In this document: one piece after another, positions 31,801 through 32,000 of the stretch | Layout: each line of letters begins with the position of its first letter | Numbering within the stretch: the first letter of the stretch is position 1 | NCBI RefSeq assembly: GCF_000039765.1 | Contig: NC_004459.3 | Span: 3,196,104-3,228,103 of the forward strand | Length of the DNA stretch: 32,000 nucleotides | DNA from: Vibrio vulnificus CMCP6 | GTDB lineage: Bacteria > Pseudomonadota > Gammaproteobacteria > Enterobacterales > Vibrionaceae | Direction of reading: 5' to 3' | Position numbers and translations under genes: made by a program | The notes under the pieces: generated by a model | Told to the model about the DNA's origin: nothing | Seen by the model: only the letters and a program-made list of their open reading frames with translations | Databases searched by the model: none

Positions 31801-31862
31801 CCACCACACCCCACCAACACATTGGCAGTGAGCAATAAAATTAACCCATGTTCTATTCGCAT
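28815..31862 (-). CDS. Large repetitive putative surface lipoprotein (1015 aa) with tandem Ig/Big-like modules
   Basis: MRIEHGLILLLTANVLVGCGGGGGGSSAP lipobox; about nine recurring segments ending in patterns such as GGILHVLKAGETRLTIRRAETNNYLAG and GSVSMLHAGSFEIEATVSARNYKT. Confidence 0.8.
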   Translation of the reverse strand: MRIEHGLILLLTANVLVGCGGGGGGSSAPAVVKPSKQYRAPLESLDLTTTYVQSGEIVQPQLFEVKGDVAFELIGDESAQVVLLDSQGRIKVLKPGVAHVKAIDTSDTFQTSESNFTITIQKGWNDALSISPLYLTTTQSTPSSLTVRGAKGELSYRVLSDPNAIIDLSAQGEVQSRGRPGIARIQVIDLGDEFYSERSVEADVIVRAVDADSLSFAALSRAYQPGLVLAPKRLDTTPTERIVYQIVKSEPDWEVAEFSQQNQGMLAIKNSGKVTVQATAYYPETYKTAQQTSEYEVTIDKAARQPLSVANMVTEYQANARLQPVVSNAKGEVQYRLLSGADVLHIDTVANLPVIDGVGQAEVEVTEQNLRNYQASSARFTIQIDKAPHQGIKQDPISLTYQQDLRIPFEFAGQKGRLTLVSGSSPQLALVEKTLFIEQAGQYSLQIEDDGGELYQSTQFTLSIDVAKAAAQPYQTQDYQETYYKDLQINLQQDLNPRTNDLLVLNNSDPNVVKVLDGGILHVLKAGETRLTIRRAETNNYLAGPVQYVNVRINSADSQLKAAQPLVEGTWTSAFGSIGAPLITGAVGKLSYYLAEGEPTDVVALDKDSGFMKMLNAGSVRVIVKDTGSSGVNAGETSFTARVLPADNPVEIHYPNTIFEENKTIVPSLSLVMDKRSYRLINQADPTVKLTSGTEGSVSMLHAGSFEIEATVSARNYKTVTKRVTGTISKAAAKALDYKPQSIDFVPFKQVSLAMRSPIGTRSYKTMLSDSTISVDPISGVITLKDYLGDSQDQVASIVVSEDETRDYLALSQTSLNFTLNAPKAEQADSNHTLTEKQTVIISKLSGSEFASLQESQFGLMGVDRLLRPTDEQFKEYGEGMIAIVRVKPIGSDVLTERRQLMLHIARFDDCATKLDPDNIEPFKAVAFDAPGYCEDGSRTLRMTRVTVVDDTHLEKQAYELVRPMIFYRKGERRFLPESDGGRYPREEEVVSSLTYGDPRTLYEWVTLQFHYQPE

Positions 31863-32000
31863 TATTACGCCTCAACTGAATATTTACTCAACAGGCGCGG
31901 ACCTTATCACAAGGCAGAAAATTAAATCAGGCAAAGAAATCGGCAGATTTTGCGCGATTTCTTACATGCAAATAGGAATGAATCACATTGCTAAAAAACG

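Overview
The window looks like ordinary chromosomal DNA from a Vibrio-like gammaproteobacterium (inferred from gene content and order; no database search was possible). Most of it is housekeeping or conserved-core genes: a PLD-family fragment at the left edge, a hybrid sensor kinase with a REC-GGDEF regulator, a histone-deacetylase-family protein, topB, a YdjA-type nitroreductase, fadH, sppA, ansA, yeaC, a DUF2989-type lipoprotein, msrB, gapA, a yeaD-type mutarotase, a chemotaxis receptor, an amidohydrolase, 4.5S SRP RNA (ffs), a tandem-SBP GGDEF protein, a small membrane protein, an alkyltransferase-like protein, a ybaY-type lipoprotein and tesB. Less ordinary are an LruC-domain secreted protein with a small upstream lipoprotein gene, and a 1015-aa lipoprotein built from about nine Ig/Big-like repeats. 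Both lipoproteins share a Cys-Gly-rich-SSAP N-terminus. Non-coding items worth a look are a near-perfect FadR-type operator upstream of fadH, CTAG-rich short tandem repeats in two intergenic regions (one builds a terminator with three interchangeable right arms), and a perfect 21-bp inverted repeat abutting a probable gapA promoter. I found no convincing previously undescribed defence, mobile or RNA-based system; the accessory-looking surface-protein genes are the best leads.
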